A DNA stretch of 64,000 nucleotides from Phoronis australis (lineage: Eukaryota; Animalia; Phoronida), in NCBI GenBank assembly GCA_002633005.1, contig NMRA01000036.1, positions 1,398,923 to 1,462,922 of the forward strand. Reading direction: 5' to 3'. This document shows positions 22,026 to 34,723 of the stretch, piece after piece. The notes beneath the pieces are model-generated. The model saw only the letters and a list, made by a program, of their open reading frames with translations. It ran no database searches and was not told the origin of the DNA. The stretch's first letter is position 1. The number at the start of each line of letters is the position of its first letter. The translations under genes were made by a program, and so were the position numbers.

Positions 22026-25000
22026 TTTTTTTTTGATGAAACATTTATTAATGCAACCAACCAGTACATAGTTGTGCAGCAATATGAAATCCAGTTAAGT
22101 GTACATCAAACAAATTACGAAAATTATCGGACCCTGTAAAAGCTAGTTAGGCAAAAAACAAGACCACCTTGCCTGGAATCTCTCAAGATTCAATTTATTA
22201 TTGTAAATAAATTTTTCCAGGTTGTATTAATCACATACCTCACATAGAAGTGATGGGAAATTGGGCTTAGCCTTTTGCAGTCTTTGTCTAAATAAATGAA
22301 ATTTCGCTAAGCAAATAATGAAATTTACAACTTGTTATCTACAGGCTGGGTCTCCAAACAAGGTGGAAGACATATTAAACAGCATAGGGAAATTGCACTG
22401 ATTTATCATCCATGTTTTTAAACTTCTGAACAAGTGAACATTCCCAATACAAATGTAGAATTGTTTCTTCATGTTGCTCACAGAAAGAACATAAAGACGA
22501 TTCACTAACACCTATTTTCTTTAAATAAGAGTTTGCACCAATAAGTCTGTGGTTGATACCGAATTGAAACCATCTGAGTCTGACATCGAAGTACAATGGT
22601 AAATTACAGAATGAATTTCTTTCCAAGATTGAGTATCATCGCATAAGTTCTCCCACTTCAATTCTACGACGGGTTTTACATACAATTTACAAATGAATAA
22701 TTCATAGATTTTCTCCATCCCTTTATTTCTGAGGAGATTCGAAAAATATGTTCTGGAAAAAGTGGAGTGACTATAGTACTCTTGTCTCTTAGATGATTCC
22801 AAGAAAGAAGTATTGAACTTCGAATTCCATAAGAATGAGTAATACAAGGACAAAATTGAAAACGTGTACAAAAGGTATGAAAATCATACACATATCCTTT
22901 ATCAGGGTCAATTAAATCGTATACGTACCGTATACCCTTTTGAAACAACTCGTTCCAAAAACTGGACTACTGTCTATACCACAAAGGTTGGTACAAAGAG
23001 TCATCTATCTCACACAGATGGATAAATTCGTATAAGATATAAAATATATCCTTCCAAAAATATTCTTAGTACGGTTAGATATTTCAAGGAAAAAACAAGA
23101 ACCTAACTGAAAATAGTCATTTTTATATTAGGAATAATTTCACATAAAATATTTAGCCAAGGAGAAGTATTGTTATAATAATTTTTGAAGAATCTTCGAA
23201 TCCAAGTCAGTTTAATCGCTTTGACAAATGACACAGTATGGACCATATTCCCACCTCCATCTTCAGAGTTCTGTACCATGGTTTTTCTAGAGATTGTATC
23301 AGAAGAGGTACCCCATATAAAATTAAAAAATATTTTTTCAATGTCCTTAAAAAAGTAGCACTTGGAAAAGGAAGTGTGTAAAAGAGGTGAATCAGCTTTG
23401 GTAATAAAAAAGATTTGACAACCGTTATCTTACCAAAGGTAAATAAATATCCAATGCCTTTTCTAACCTCGTTTAATTTTACATTTTTAAGTGAATCATT
23501 TCCTGTGAGTTGACAGAGAAGGTAATTCCAAGAGATGTGAACTGTGAACTTGCCCATTTTAAATCTTTTTCACAGCAAAGCTTATCACCACAACATATCT
23601 TAGAACCAATCCATATACATGTACAAACAGTTTTATTGACATTGGGTATCATTATGCCTTTAACATTCTCGCATTGCCTCAACATAGATGCCATAATTTC
23701 GGCACAAAACAAAAAAGATAAGGTGAAAGGGGATCCCTTTGTCTGCAACCTTGGCAAATGTTATAGTACTTTGACGTAAAGCAATATGATACTGAATGAC
23801 CGAAAGTTGGACACTTTCATTGAGTATTGTGAACCAACGAATAATATCGTCACCAAAATTGAACTAATGTAGAACTTTCTTAAGAAATTCCCAGGACACA
23901 GAATCAAAGGCTTTTTCAAAATCAATTAATACCAGAAGTCCGGGAATATCCTCAGTATCATGGTAAGATGTCATAAATCACTCTGGTGTTCACCCCGATA
24001 AAACGACCTGGGAGAAACCCAGTTTGATTAGAATGAATTAACTTTTTTAAAAGAGATTTTATCCTTTGTGCAATACATGCTGATAATAGTTTATAACTTG
24101 AATTTAGTAAGGAGATTGGTCTCCAATTTTTAATGTATTCACGCGGTTTCTTGCCCTTAGGATCAAAGTAATGACTCCTTCACGCATAGTAGTAGGGAGA
24201 CGGCCGGTTCGAAAACTATAATTAAAAGATTTGATCAAAAATGGCGACAATTCTTTCCAAAAAAAATGTAAAACCCTACAGGAAAACCATCATTCCTCGG
24301 AGTTTTGTCATTTTTCATAAATTTAAGGACAGCCGCAGCTTCAGTATATGTTATTGGTCCTTCTAGTTTTTCTTTCGAGTCGGCGTCTAGTTTCGATATA
24401 TTTTCAGGGGTCACCAAGTCCTCCAACTAATATTGGAGAGAGTCATTTTGTTTGGATGCATATAAATTTGCATAGAATTTTTCGATTGCACACAGTATAG
24501 CTTTTTGGTTTGTCAAGCTTCGTCCAGTCTCGTCTATAAGTTTGTGGACATTCTTGTTCACGTAATTGCGTTTTTCTAAGTTACTAAAATATTTGGACGG
24601 TTTTTCGCCATCCTTGATCCATTTTGCCCGAGATCTCAGCATCATGCCTTTCACTTTGTCCTTTCTAATATATTCGTAATCTTTCTGCAAATCTGAATAA
24701 ATTTCAAGTAGCTGAGCAGAACTGTTGCACACCATTTCTCTAAAAAGACTTAATTGCTAATCTAAATTATTTTCATGCCGATGCTTTTTTTCTTGAAAGC
24801 TGAATAAGACAAAGTATAATTTCTAATATTCAATAGAATCATCTCAAGAAGAAGAGAGTCGTCTATAGTGGACAGACCGTCTGACATTACCAGGAGATAA
24901 ATATTCCTTCTCTGTTTTAACTATGATGCCTTTCACATTACTGATATATTCTACATCACGTAATAAGGATTTGTTAAGCCCCATAGATCTTTACCTCTAA

Positions 25001-26232
25001 CAAATTTAGAGGCCTGAATAGTAGTCACGACACAATGATGGTCGGTTCCATAACCTGGGGACGTTTCAATATTTTCTATCCAAGAGGAAATCTCGTCGGA
25101 CACTAGAAGAAGTCCAGACGGGATTGCTTACAAAGGGTAATTCTGAACCAAGTATAGCTTGTTGTATTTGAGTTACGTAACCGCCACGAGTCAACCAAAT
25201 TTAACTGCGACATCAGACTGATAACTTGTTTTCTTGCAGCCGGATTGTTTTGGTGTTTGTATCCTAAACAGTCAAGATTGAAATCCTGAACCAAATTCCA
25301 GTCGCCGCAAATGATTATGAACTCTGAATTGTAGTCAGAGACTAGTTGAAGCAGGTTCTAAAAAATTCAGGGTCATCCTTGTTGGGACCATACACTGTAA
25401 ATATTAGCTACGGTAACGTTATTGAGACTCGATTTTCAATAAGTAATTCGATGACAACAAGGTTTCCTTTATCATCAAGATGGATTTTACGAACTTCACA
25501 TTCAAAGCTATTATTTAGCAATATGCAGACACCTCTCGATTCTCTTGTTCCAGGGCTCATGAAAACATCATATCCCCACTGGGCCCTAATAACAGAAAAT
25601 TCTGATTCAATAAAATGAGTTTCTTGCAAGCAATAGATACCACAATACTTCCGTCTCAAAAATTCAAAGACATACTTTATCTTAATTGTGTCCCTAAGCC
25701 CTCTGCAGTTTAAGATAAGATACTAACCATGTTCCGACAAAAGACATGACAAATCGGGTCTATCAATAAAAATACTAAGTGTGATGTTTTTAGAACGGTG
25801 AGTTACGGAAGTACTCAATAGTTTTTCTACTGGCGGCTAAGTGTAGAGTTATCGACATCGTGACTTTACGCGACAAACCGGCAATTTCCGTACCGTCCTT
25901 GACCTCGAGCGGCTCACGATGAAAGTGTGTGGGGGCTTTTTGTGAACATTTTTGTTCTTTGACTGCGAATTTCTTACGAAGTCGCCGGAACAGGACACCG
26001 TGAATGGTATTGGGAGAAAGAACAATTCTTCATGGTTTGTTGAAGCACTGTTTTGTGTAAATTTATTGAGTTTTATATTTGCTATGGACGGTTGAAGTGA
26101 AGCACCCGTGGAATTTCTAGACTGGAGTGTCATACCTTGTGGTATTATATGTGGTGTATTGGGGACGATCAGAAGCTGAGGACGCCTGTGCTCAAAACAC
26201 GCCTTCTCGCTCCGCCATTTTAACCGGAAGTC
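22026..26232 (-). mobile_element. Full-length degraded L1/Tx1-type LINE without ORF1
   Basis: 5' end GACTTCCGGTTAAAATGGCG, AATAAA + poly(A) at the 22026 end, direct repeat GTCGCCTA at 22013-22020 and 26233-26240. Confidence 0.85.
22150..25730 (-). pseudogene. L1/Tx1 ORF2 pseudogene (APE-RT-zf)
   Basis: MVSILSLNCRGL, CLQETH, GDWN, SRLDFF, RSRAKWIKDGEKPSKYF, WRPISLLN, IDFEKAFDSVSW, CSFCEQHEETILHLYWEC in shifting frames with many stops. Confidence 0.92.
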
Positions 26233-26674
26233 GTCGCCTATAATGTTGATCATCTAATAATTAGATTAGTTGATGCAACTGAAAATAAATCAGCTGATAT
26301 ACCAGTGCAGTGATTGAAAGTTATTTTTTTAAATCAGATGCTAATACCATAGTCAATCGATTTACACTTAAGGTAATCAATGTTTGATGAAATGCACAGT
26401 GGCTTCCACCGTCTTCAAATTACAACGGGGACGCTGGTTACTTAGGCACTTTAATTTAATTACTATTGCAGCTACCTAAGTAATTAATGTTCACAAAAAT
26501 TGAGAAGAGGTTCACCCTATCCCTGGATTACGGCAAGGGATGAAAGCCACTTGGTCATGTTGGTTGCAACCATCTACTCCATTTAACCTTCTCAAAATTT
26601 TTGACTTAAAGTGCTTTAAAATCACACCCACAGTATAACGCCATACGATTATCCCTGGCGCAAGCCGTGTCGAT

Positions 26675-27322
26675 GTGGCAACCGATTAACTGAGTTCGAA
26701 AAACAGGATTGCAGGAGTATTCGTTTAAACTGGGAACAAATGAAAACATTAACGGCCTCCTCAGAGGCATCTTTACGCGGTACTTCTAAACTTATAGGAA
26801 CACGACTCATGGTTTAACCAGTGTGATGCATAATTTGCCGAAAAGCATCCGCCATATGGAGTACCTATGGTATGATCGCGTATCTACTGGGTCAGCGGTA
26901 TTGTCTGAGGCCTAGGCAGCCAAGAGGCTGGTGATAATAGTAAAACACACTTGCAAAACACCAAGATGTACCTTTAAAAAACACGAACCTGCTTTTCNGT
27001 GGCAACCGATTAACTGAGTTCGAAAAACAGGATTGCAGGAGTATTCGTTTAAACTGGGAACAAATGAAAACATTAACGGCCTCCTCAGAGGCATCTTTAC
27101 GCGGTACTTCTAAACTTATAGGAACACGACTCATGGTTTAACCAGTGTGATGCATAATTTGCCGAAAAGCATCCGGCATATGGAGTACCTATGGTATGAT
27201 CGCGTATCTACTGGGTCAGCGGTATTGTCTGAGGCCTAGGCAGCCAAGAGGCTGGTGATAATAGTAAAACACACTTGCAAAACACCAAGATGTACCTTTA
27301 AAAAAACACGAACCTGCTTTTC
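26675..27322. repeat. Near-identical 323-bp direct duplication joined by a single N; probable assembly artefact
   Basis: 26675-26997 repeated at 26999-27322 with ~2 differences; N at 26998 exactly at the junction. Confidence 0.85.
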
Positions 27323-28361
27323 AAAGCTATAAAGTTATTACTTTTGAAATGTGGTCCATAATATACTTTTCCTGCTAACAAATAATGCACTCATGTTTCA
27401 GAATGTTCCTATTTTGTTCAGGTCAATTGGGTGTTTCAGACTTTGGAAGTCTAATTGATTTTCTTGGGAAATTTTGGGTAACATCTGTATCACTTTCAGT
27501 AGCTTCAGCTTTAGTACTACTGCTGGTGTCTTGAAACGTTTCTATGCGTTTCTACATGTATGTCCTTTCAATTTTTGGTCAGACGCTTGGTCTTCTACAG
27601 AAGTATACTATGTATAGGCTATACCAGGACATGCAGCTGTTTGCTGCACAAACGTTTGCGACACCCTTTCTTCTTCTTGATCTACTGATCTACAGGGTTC
27701 CACAGTCCATCAGCGTTCGTCTGGACGCTTCTCTAAGCTTCTTCAGGTTCTGGCATCACAGTTTAGTGCTGTTTCATAAACCTTGAATTATACAGGCATC
27801 ACACTCCATTGGAGCAGCCATATTGAAGTAACTAAGCACAACAATACAATCTGGCTCTCTGATTGGTCAACAATTCAATAGAAAAGCACCTGCAAGTGGC
27901 AGGAATGTGCATGATATTTTGTGCAACAAAAATGTGCAAGTGTAGACGTGGGAACTTTTTGGAATTTGATTTATAGGTATATTATCTAGCCACATAGAAA
28001 AAAGTAGGTTGCCCCCCCCCCAAAGTACTCACAAGGATGAACGCTATGAGATTGGCCCATCAACTAATTGTATCAAAAGAAATTTGGCCATGTCTCTGAT
28101 AACCTTGTTCTGTGTCCTATGAATGCACCTTTGTTTATTGTTCAATTTTACGAAAAAGACATGGTCATGTGATCCCATAAATTGCAGTTAAAATCAAATT
28201 CTACAAGCTTTCTTTTAGAAAATATAAACTCAGTTCCGTAGTAGTTTGTATGTCTTGCTAAATGCACTAACTTCTAAATAAGGTCATACGCGAACTTGAG
28301 TAGATGTAAATTGATAATAACAAAGTTTATGAAACACTAACCTTTTTCATTTTACATCTAG

Positions 28362-28526
28362 TGCATATCACCAAACCTGCATTCCAAAAGATCGCCAAGA
28401 AATTGCTGCGGCTGCTTCTGTGCCATCTAATATAAAAGAAGCCGAGTACGCCAAATGTGACGCTGTCACCCAAGACTCCATATGGAAACAGACGGTGGGG
28501 AAGGAACAGTCGGGAAACAAAACGTG
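28362..28526 (+). CDS. C2orf50: C2orf50-like protein, internal exon
   Basis: TAG| acceptor after pyrimidine tract, |GTAAGT donor; encodes AYHQTCIPKDRQ...KCDAVTQDSIWKQTVGKEQSGNKTW, matching C2orf50 CDGVQQDQLWRELLEAE...W. Confidence 0.88.
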
Positions 28527-28680
28527 GTAAGTGTTCAATTTATAAATTTTAAACGAAAAAATCTTAGCAAAAATTCTAATTTAATATCAATCAGGACATT
28601 TGCTTGCGTAGCTTGTTCTCGTGATTTACAACGTACGTGGGCGTAATAAGCCAGGGGGCATAAGGACGAGCGCTTCCATT

Positions 28681-30831
28681 CAAGAAATCAGTTTGTATGC
28701 AGACGACACAGCCCCCTTCTTTGCTGCCAAAGTCCATAGATGAAGTCAATGCCACCTTAGCAGAAGAAATGAATCGTGTTTATGCTTGACTTGTGGAGAA
28801 CAAACTAACACTGAATGTTGATAAAACCAAGGTTCTGACTGTTGGAAGCAGACAGAGGCTTGCTGTGTTGTCTCCAAGCAACATTGCCATTATTATCAAC
28901 AGCTCTCAGATGGCAAGAACTGAAAAAATATAAATATATGGGTGTTATGATTGATAATAATTTATCATGGGACGAACATGTAGATTATGTGTGAAAACTG
29001 TTTCTCAGCGGATTGTGCTTTTGTACAGAGTCAGGAGCTACGTTGATCTGGTTACTCTTCAGACTGTGTACAGGAGTCTAATTGTACCACACTTTGATTA
29101 CCGTGATGTTGTATGAGGCAATTGTGCATAATATCTTCAGGATAGTCTTCAAAACTTGCAAAACAAGGCTGGGAGGCTGATACTCAACTACAGTGGCCTT
29201 TATAATGACTTTCCTATTTATGACCTCCTCGATAAACTTTGTTGGTGCAGCCTGGTTAGCAGGCGTGCCTTTCATGGAAACATTTGCAGCCGATTTCCTA
29301 AAGGTGGTTTAAAGTTAAACCTGGTTTGACCTGGAATTAGACCATGTTTAAAGGTAGCTTAATTTTTAGACCAGTGTTCTAGTAAAACCTGATTTAACTC
29401 CAGTTTAGACCTGGTCTAAGTCAGTTTTCTTTCACCAATGAGGTCTATATTCTTTAGCCCAGTATTAAGATCTTAAACCAACTTTAACTTTAGACTTGGT
29501 CAGACCCAAGTTTACTACTGTTAAATATACGACAGACTTGCACGAATCAGGTGCAACTGAATGAAGCCACGGTGTACATTCAAACGACGCAGTTTTAGAG
29601 CGAGAATGGAGTATTGTCAATTTTCAGTTTAACAACGACACAAGACCAAACGTACCAGGGTCGGATCCATGATTTTTTTAAAAGGGGTCGGATCAAGCTT
29701 TATAAAAAGGAAGTCCAAGTCAACAATTTGAAAATTGTAGATTTGATATCACTAAAATCAAGGAAAAAGTGGGTCTGGACACCTTGACCCCCTGGATCCG
29801 CCTATGCATACACCCGTACGTGTTGCAGGGTGTCCTTCGGATTCCTCAGAATACTACTGGTTGAGCTGGGCGTCACCGCCGTAAGCGCTACGGGTTTGAC
29901 TAAAGACGACATCTTCGGATTCCTCTGACTGAGACCACCTCCAATTGTCCCTGATTTAAGGTTGCCGGGCTGGGGTCCTGCCCCCCTTGGCCGCAAGGAA
30001 TAAACACTGTAATGAAACGGAAATAAATTTTGGACATTTATTAGCCTGTGTTGCGGCAAATTGTGAGCATGTACTTTAATGTGTGTACGTGTGTTGGGCA
30101 CCGATATTACATTTTTCCTTAAAAGAAAAGCTTTTAGACCTTTTTTCGAAAATGTCTGCACTGATTCTACTAGTGTATGCCATTGTATACCCAAGTGATC
30201 AAGGTTTCATTGAAGCACTTCTATAGTTTCTTTGTTTGTTTAATACAGATCGAAACAGTAGGGTGAGTTGGACACTTTATACCTGGTTTTACTAAATCCG
30301 CTCCCTGGTCAACGTTGGTGAAATGCAAGTTTGGTAAAAAATTAGACCATTTTATGAAGACCAGGTTTAAGTCTTAAACCTGGTTTTGTTAAACCACGTT
30401 TATGAAATCGGCTGATGGAGTACAAAGCCACACATAGCTCCACACCTAATTACCTTACTATTAAATTCAAGGCCGTCAGATTCTCACAATTACTATACTA
30501 GAGCGAGTGTTTCTGGCTGCCTGGTGCCAGATAAACCTTAAAATAACCGTGGCAAAAGAAAATTTACCTAGAGAGGTGCTGTCCCTTACAACTGGCTGGG
30601 GGCTGCTGTCGCGAACACGCTCAATGTCTACGTCTTCAAACAAAATAACTTGGACTTTGTGCGTGTTTCGGCACTCAGTTTATTAACTTTTTGAATCTAA
30701 TTGTACATACACTGTAGCTGCCTGTATTTTACTTCAATGGGTAATTATTTCCGACTGGGCCCAATTGAAAACTAGTGTATTCACTGAAGTGGTCACCCAG
30801 TCTTTTAAAGAAGTTTAAATAAATAAATAAA
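28681..30831 (+). mobile_element. 5'-truncated CR1/L2-group LINE relic, interrupted by a MITE
   Basis: QEISLYADDT, NKLTLNVDKTK, KYMGVMIDNNLSW, VYRSLIVPHFDY; resumes after 30414 and ends with GGGCCC...stem and (TAAA)n tail. Confidence 0.85.
29287..30414. mobile_element. PIF/Harbinger-like non-autonomous element with a nested small insertion (~29657-29806)
   Basis: TIRs CAGCCGATTTCCTAAAGGTGGTTTAA / TTAAACCACGTTTATGAAATCGGCTG; repeated AGACCTGGTCT/AAACCTGGTTT subterminal motifs; nested CAGGGTCGGATCCA...TGGATCCGCCTATG unit. Confidence 0.75.
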
Positions 30832-31359
30832 TGGGGTGGCAGCACACGCTACTAAAGCGAGTAGAAAAACGTTTTGTAGACACACATGCAGGCAGACAGA
30901 CAGACATGCAGGCAGAAAAAAAATTGCAGAGGATGCTTCCAACGTGATTGGGACGCCAAAGATTATACGTCTAGAAATTTTTTATCTAAAACGCATCATT
31001 GAAAGAGTTAATTCACCTTCCGTCCGTCGAGCAACGTTGTTGACGTGAAGGCTGAAGAAGGAAGATGTACATTCTGTTCATATTATGCGTGTTTTCTACT
31101 TGATATTGTTAGTATTCCTGATGGACTGCAGATCAGAATAGACTTGATCTTTTAGTCATGGTCTCACTTTTATTCTTGTCTATGGTTATGCAATACAGGG
31201 AATTGCTTTCAAGTTTATTTTAGCAGACGGGTTTTGATTTGCCAGATGGAAAGAACCCAACTCAAGTTGGTCAAAAACATTTAACCAAGATCACGAGAGG
31301 GAAACTGAAAAACCAAGCGCCAATAACTACCACTAAAACGTGTATTACTTCTATGCAAT

Positions 31360-31398
31360 GACAACAACAACAACAACAACACCAACAACAACAACAAC
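31360..31398. repeat. (ACA)n microsatellite
   Basis: ~13 ACA units. Confidence 0.9.
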
Positions 31399-31521
31399 AT
31401 AAACTTAACACTGGCAACACTGACCAAAAATGTTTCGCTGTCCTTCCGAGTCAACGTAAAATGGACAAATCAAAAATTTGTACAAGATATACCAATCGTA
31501 ATTGTCAGTGTTCATTTTCAG

Positions 31522-31561
31522 GGAAGAAAACTGGAGTTACTTGACACAGTACGACGCAAAG
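31522..31561 (+). CDS. C2orf50: C2orf50-like protein, 40-nt exon
   Basis: TTTTCAG|...|GTAC; encodes (W)EENWSYLTQYDAK, matching WxxNWSFLxxYDxxG. Confidence 0.88.
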
Positions 31562-31914
31562 GTACGATTCTTTCCATTCTTCAGATCAAGATCTAAAATA
31601 TACTCTAATGTGATAGCTAAAAAATATCATTCTAATAACTGAACCGCACGAATGCTTTGGGAATGACCTTTCTCAATCTATGACATCTTCCTCTTCGTTT
31701 GTTATCTATGCTACCTATTTACACGTATGTTTTGATGAACACGACGTTCTGTTTGTTCTTTATGGCCTGAACGCTGTAATTTGGCGGCAAGCTGATCTCG
31801 TGCGTTTGTCTACTATGGTACTTCAAACAAATGAGAGGCTGTTTAACAAAACTTATCACAAGAAAAATCGGCTACCAAGATACTCTGATTACATGTATGT
31901 ATTCAACTTTTCAG

Positions 31915-32106
31915 GGAGAGCCGCGTGAAAAACAACCATTGCCAGAAATAGTTTCACCATATTCCGAAACAGTGTCGAACACAAATTCTGGTAACTACGG
32001 AGGTCGTGTGAACACGGAGACAGGGAAACTGATGCAAAAACTGGAATTCAAATTCAATAGTCACAACAGGAGGAAAAAGCTGGACAACGAGATGGTTTGC
32101 TACTAA
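31915..32106 (+). CDS. C2orf50: C2orf50-like protein, last coding exon
   Basis: TTTTCAG|GEPREKQPLPEIVSPYSETVSNTNSGNYGGRVNTETGKLMQKLEFKFNSHNRRKKLDNEMVCY*; parallels C2orf50 LPxxVxxFSxTVPxxxxxxxGSRxxTxxG...RKKKL. Confidence 0.9.
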   Translation, partial: GEPREKQPLPEIVSPYSETVSNTNSGNYGGRVNTETGKLMQKLEFKFNSHNRRKKLDNEMVCY

Positions 32107-32379
32107 ACAACAATTCGTAAGGCAAGAAGATGCCAAGATATGTAAAACGAATTCTTGTGAGCGGGAGCCCTTGTGGAAATCATTTACAACGAAAGTCAAT
32201 TTGTACTGTTTCATCTGAAACACCTTGTATAGTTTCGTAGTCTCGAATTCCTCTTAGAGCGTTGTAATTATCAGCGCATGTGCAAACTTCAGTCGCACAA
32301 AAGCATGAAAATGTTGAGACATCCAGTTAAGAAAACAAGTAAATTTTGAGCCTAATACTGGAATAAAAACTTAAAAAAT

Positions 32380-32783
32380 AGCGACGTTGCGTCCGCATCT
32401 CACGGACTTAAGCTTGGCTTGTGACGTTATCGTTATTCTGGCCAATTGGTGGCGTTTTGACCAGATGGCGCGGCATTGAAGTCACAGGCGCGCGAGTTTA
32501 TCTGTTCCTCGATCGCAAATGACGTCACTCAATAGTAAGAAAACACATGATTCGGCTATTTTTAGCCACCTGTGCGCCAGTGGACATGATTTAAATACTG
32601 ATGATGTCACTATCCTAGACTGTGAAGAAGACTGGTTCAGAAGGGTGTAAAGGAAGCTCTCCATGAGCGCATTGAGAGTCCCTCTTTAAATGAAAGAGGC
32701 GGTTTAAGATTCGATTTGTCACACGTATGGGATGGCGTTCTGACGACAATGTCGCGCCGTCTGGTCAAAACGCCACCAATTGG
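32380..32783 (+). mobile_element. Penelope-like element 3' end with inverted pseudo-LTR
   Basis: HDSAIFSHLCASGHDLNTDDVTILDCEEDWFRR/VKEALHERIESPSLNERGGLRFDLSHVWD (GIY-YIG C-terminus); 37-bp inverted repeat 32442-32478 / 32747-32783. Confidence 0.8.
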
Positions 32784-34447
32784 TTAAAGTAATGAAACCG
32801 ACGTCATAACATTCAGCCGTTCCCATTCTTTGAAATCTGGGAAAGACCCTAAAGTTGACTGTTGCGTAGTATGGCGACCACCTTTGACTGAGTTGAATAG
32901 TTGCAATTTAATAAAACGGGCAGTGATCGAAGTCAAAATCAAGAGAACCCCTATCCCGTGGCTCAGCCCAAACAGGTACAGTGTGTAGAAGGCGTGTGAA
33001 CGTGGTAGGGATGTGATCGATAAACTTCCGACCAAGCATGCGCATTGATGCCCACACACGGAATTCCGTGTGCCGTTCATCACGTTTCCACAGGGCCACT
33101 TTTCAGTATAGGTGGCGCTGTGTCAGATGGTAAGCCATTCATTCCCCAGTTTGAAGGTCACAGACTTGCCGTATGACTTAAGTCCGCACATGCGCAGATA
33201 TGTTCAACCCGAGGGGAAGTTTCCGAAAATACCCGAAATGTTCCGAATGGCACAGTTTCTCAGGCCACTCTTCAACAAATTAGCGTCGTTACTTCTATTC
33301 CACTTTAGACCCTTCAAATATTTCGTGCTGGTACACTCGACTTTTAACTCAGTTCTCCGACTAGCAACTGAACACTCATGACGAACTGAAATAATATTAT
33401 TGGCCAATAAGACAGTCATTTGACCCAGCGGAAAGGCATCACAGCCGAAAGATGAAACTACAATTGCTTGATACCTAAACATCAATTCTTCTGAGCAGTG
33501 CTTTCATTACAAACGCACACCGGATTTTAGCAGAGATGCGACGGTCTGTGCCTTCTAAGTGAACGTGGTATTCTTTGAGAACGCTGGAGTGGCCGCTGCA
33601 GAAATGAGAGCACAAACTTGTTGTTTGTATTTGTTGGTTAATCTTGAGAATGAAAGTGTGGATGCCTGTATGTGAAAGTGCGAATTGGCGATGATCCGGA
33701 ACGTAAATTATCAAAAACTACCGGGTCGTCAGACAAGTCACGACTCGGAAATACCTGCAGAGTATATGTAGGTACATTATGTTTGTCGTCGGAGGATAAC
33801 TTGAAAGCCGGCCGGGCATCGAGATAATTGTCATTCGTCAGTGTTTTTAAAATGTTGTTTACAAACCTTGTAAAATTCACTCTTTAGAAGTGTGTATTTT
33901 TGATGTTAAGTTTTTACACTATTGTAGTGTTTCTTTTAAGACTCGAGATAATAAACGCTTTTTTGTCAAATCGTTGTCATTTAAACGCAAGTTGGCCTAA
34001 ATGACAAGTTTTGTTGTATTCTGTTACAGTTGTCAACTATCACCACCCCTATTCCACACTGAACCCCTTTGAAAGGACTTGAATATTCATCAGTAAGGCA
34101 AAGCCTTTCTTAAAGGCGAAGGCAACCTTTTTCCATGTCATTTTGAGCTAAAATAAGGTGGGTTGGTTATCCTAGACATATTTTCCACTTAATTACAGCT
34201 TTTCGTAATTTTATTAATTACTCGTCCGCTACTCCGGAAGTGACGTTTTAGGAGGCAAGCGCTTCCCGCCACTTGGTTTTGCGTTGAGCTTACTGTGCGA
34301 ATCTGTTCTATTCTACTTTTGTTTTGTGCTATTTTTCACCAATTGTCGCCACCACTTTCCATCGGCGAGTATTCTGCGGCAAGATAGGTTAGTAGAGAAC
34401 TCAACTGCGTTGGATTTAGGGATTGTTTAGTGTGTTGTAAGCTGAAA

Positions 34448-34723
34448 ATGGCTGGAGTCGGTGACCCGTATCACAGTGACAGTAGTGTGAGTGACGGAGA
34501 CCTTGTTCACAGCAGTGGTGACGAGGAATTTTTTCACGGACATTCAGTGGGTGGGTACATGTTTGAGCCCGAGTACAACGAGGCAGAGTACACACAGGCA
34601 CAGGCAGCTGTTGAGAGAAACGAGGCGGCTACTGAAGACAGACGTGGTGACACATCTTGGTGCAAATGCACTGTGTGCGTTGTTATGCCTACCTCAATTG
34701 AATGCTTGTGCTGTTCCGAGTTC
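34448..34723 (+). pseudogene. KolX / P2X7 C-terminal-like Cys-rich accessory protein, truncated
   Basis: GYMFEPEY...RRGDTSWCKCTVCVVMPTSIECLCCSE; coding similarity stops at the deletion junction. Confidence 0.85.

Noticed and set aside
25849-26253. 134-aa ORF as the L1 ORF1
   Set aside because: Starts outside the TSD-defined element and shows no coiled-coil, RRM or zinc-knuckle motifs.
26675-27322. Biological tandem duplication
   Set aside because: Single N exactly at the junction and near identity point to an unmerged contig overlap or haplotype artefact.
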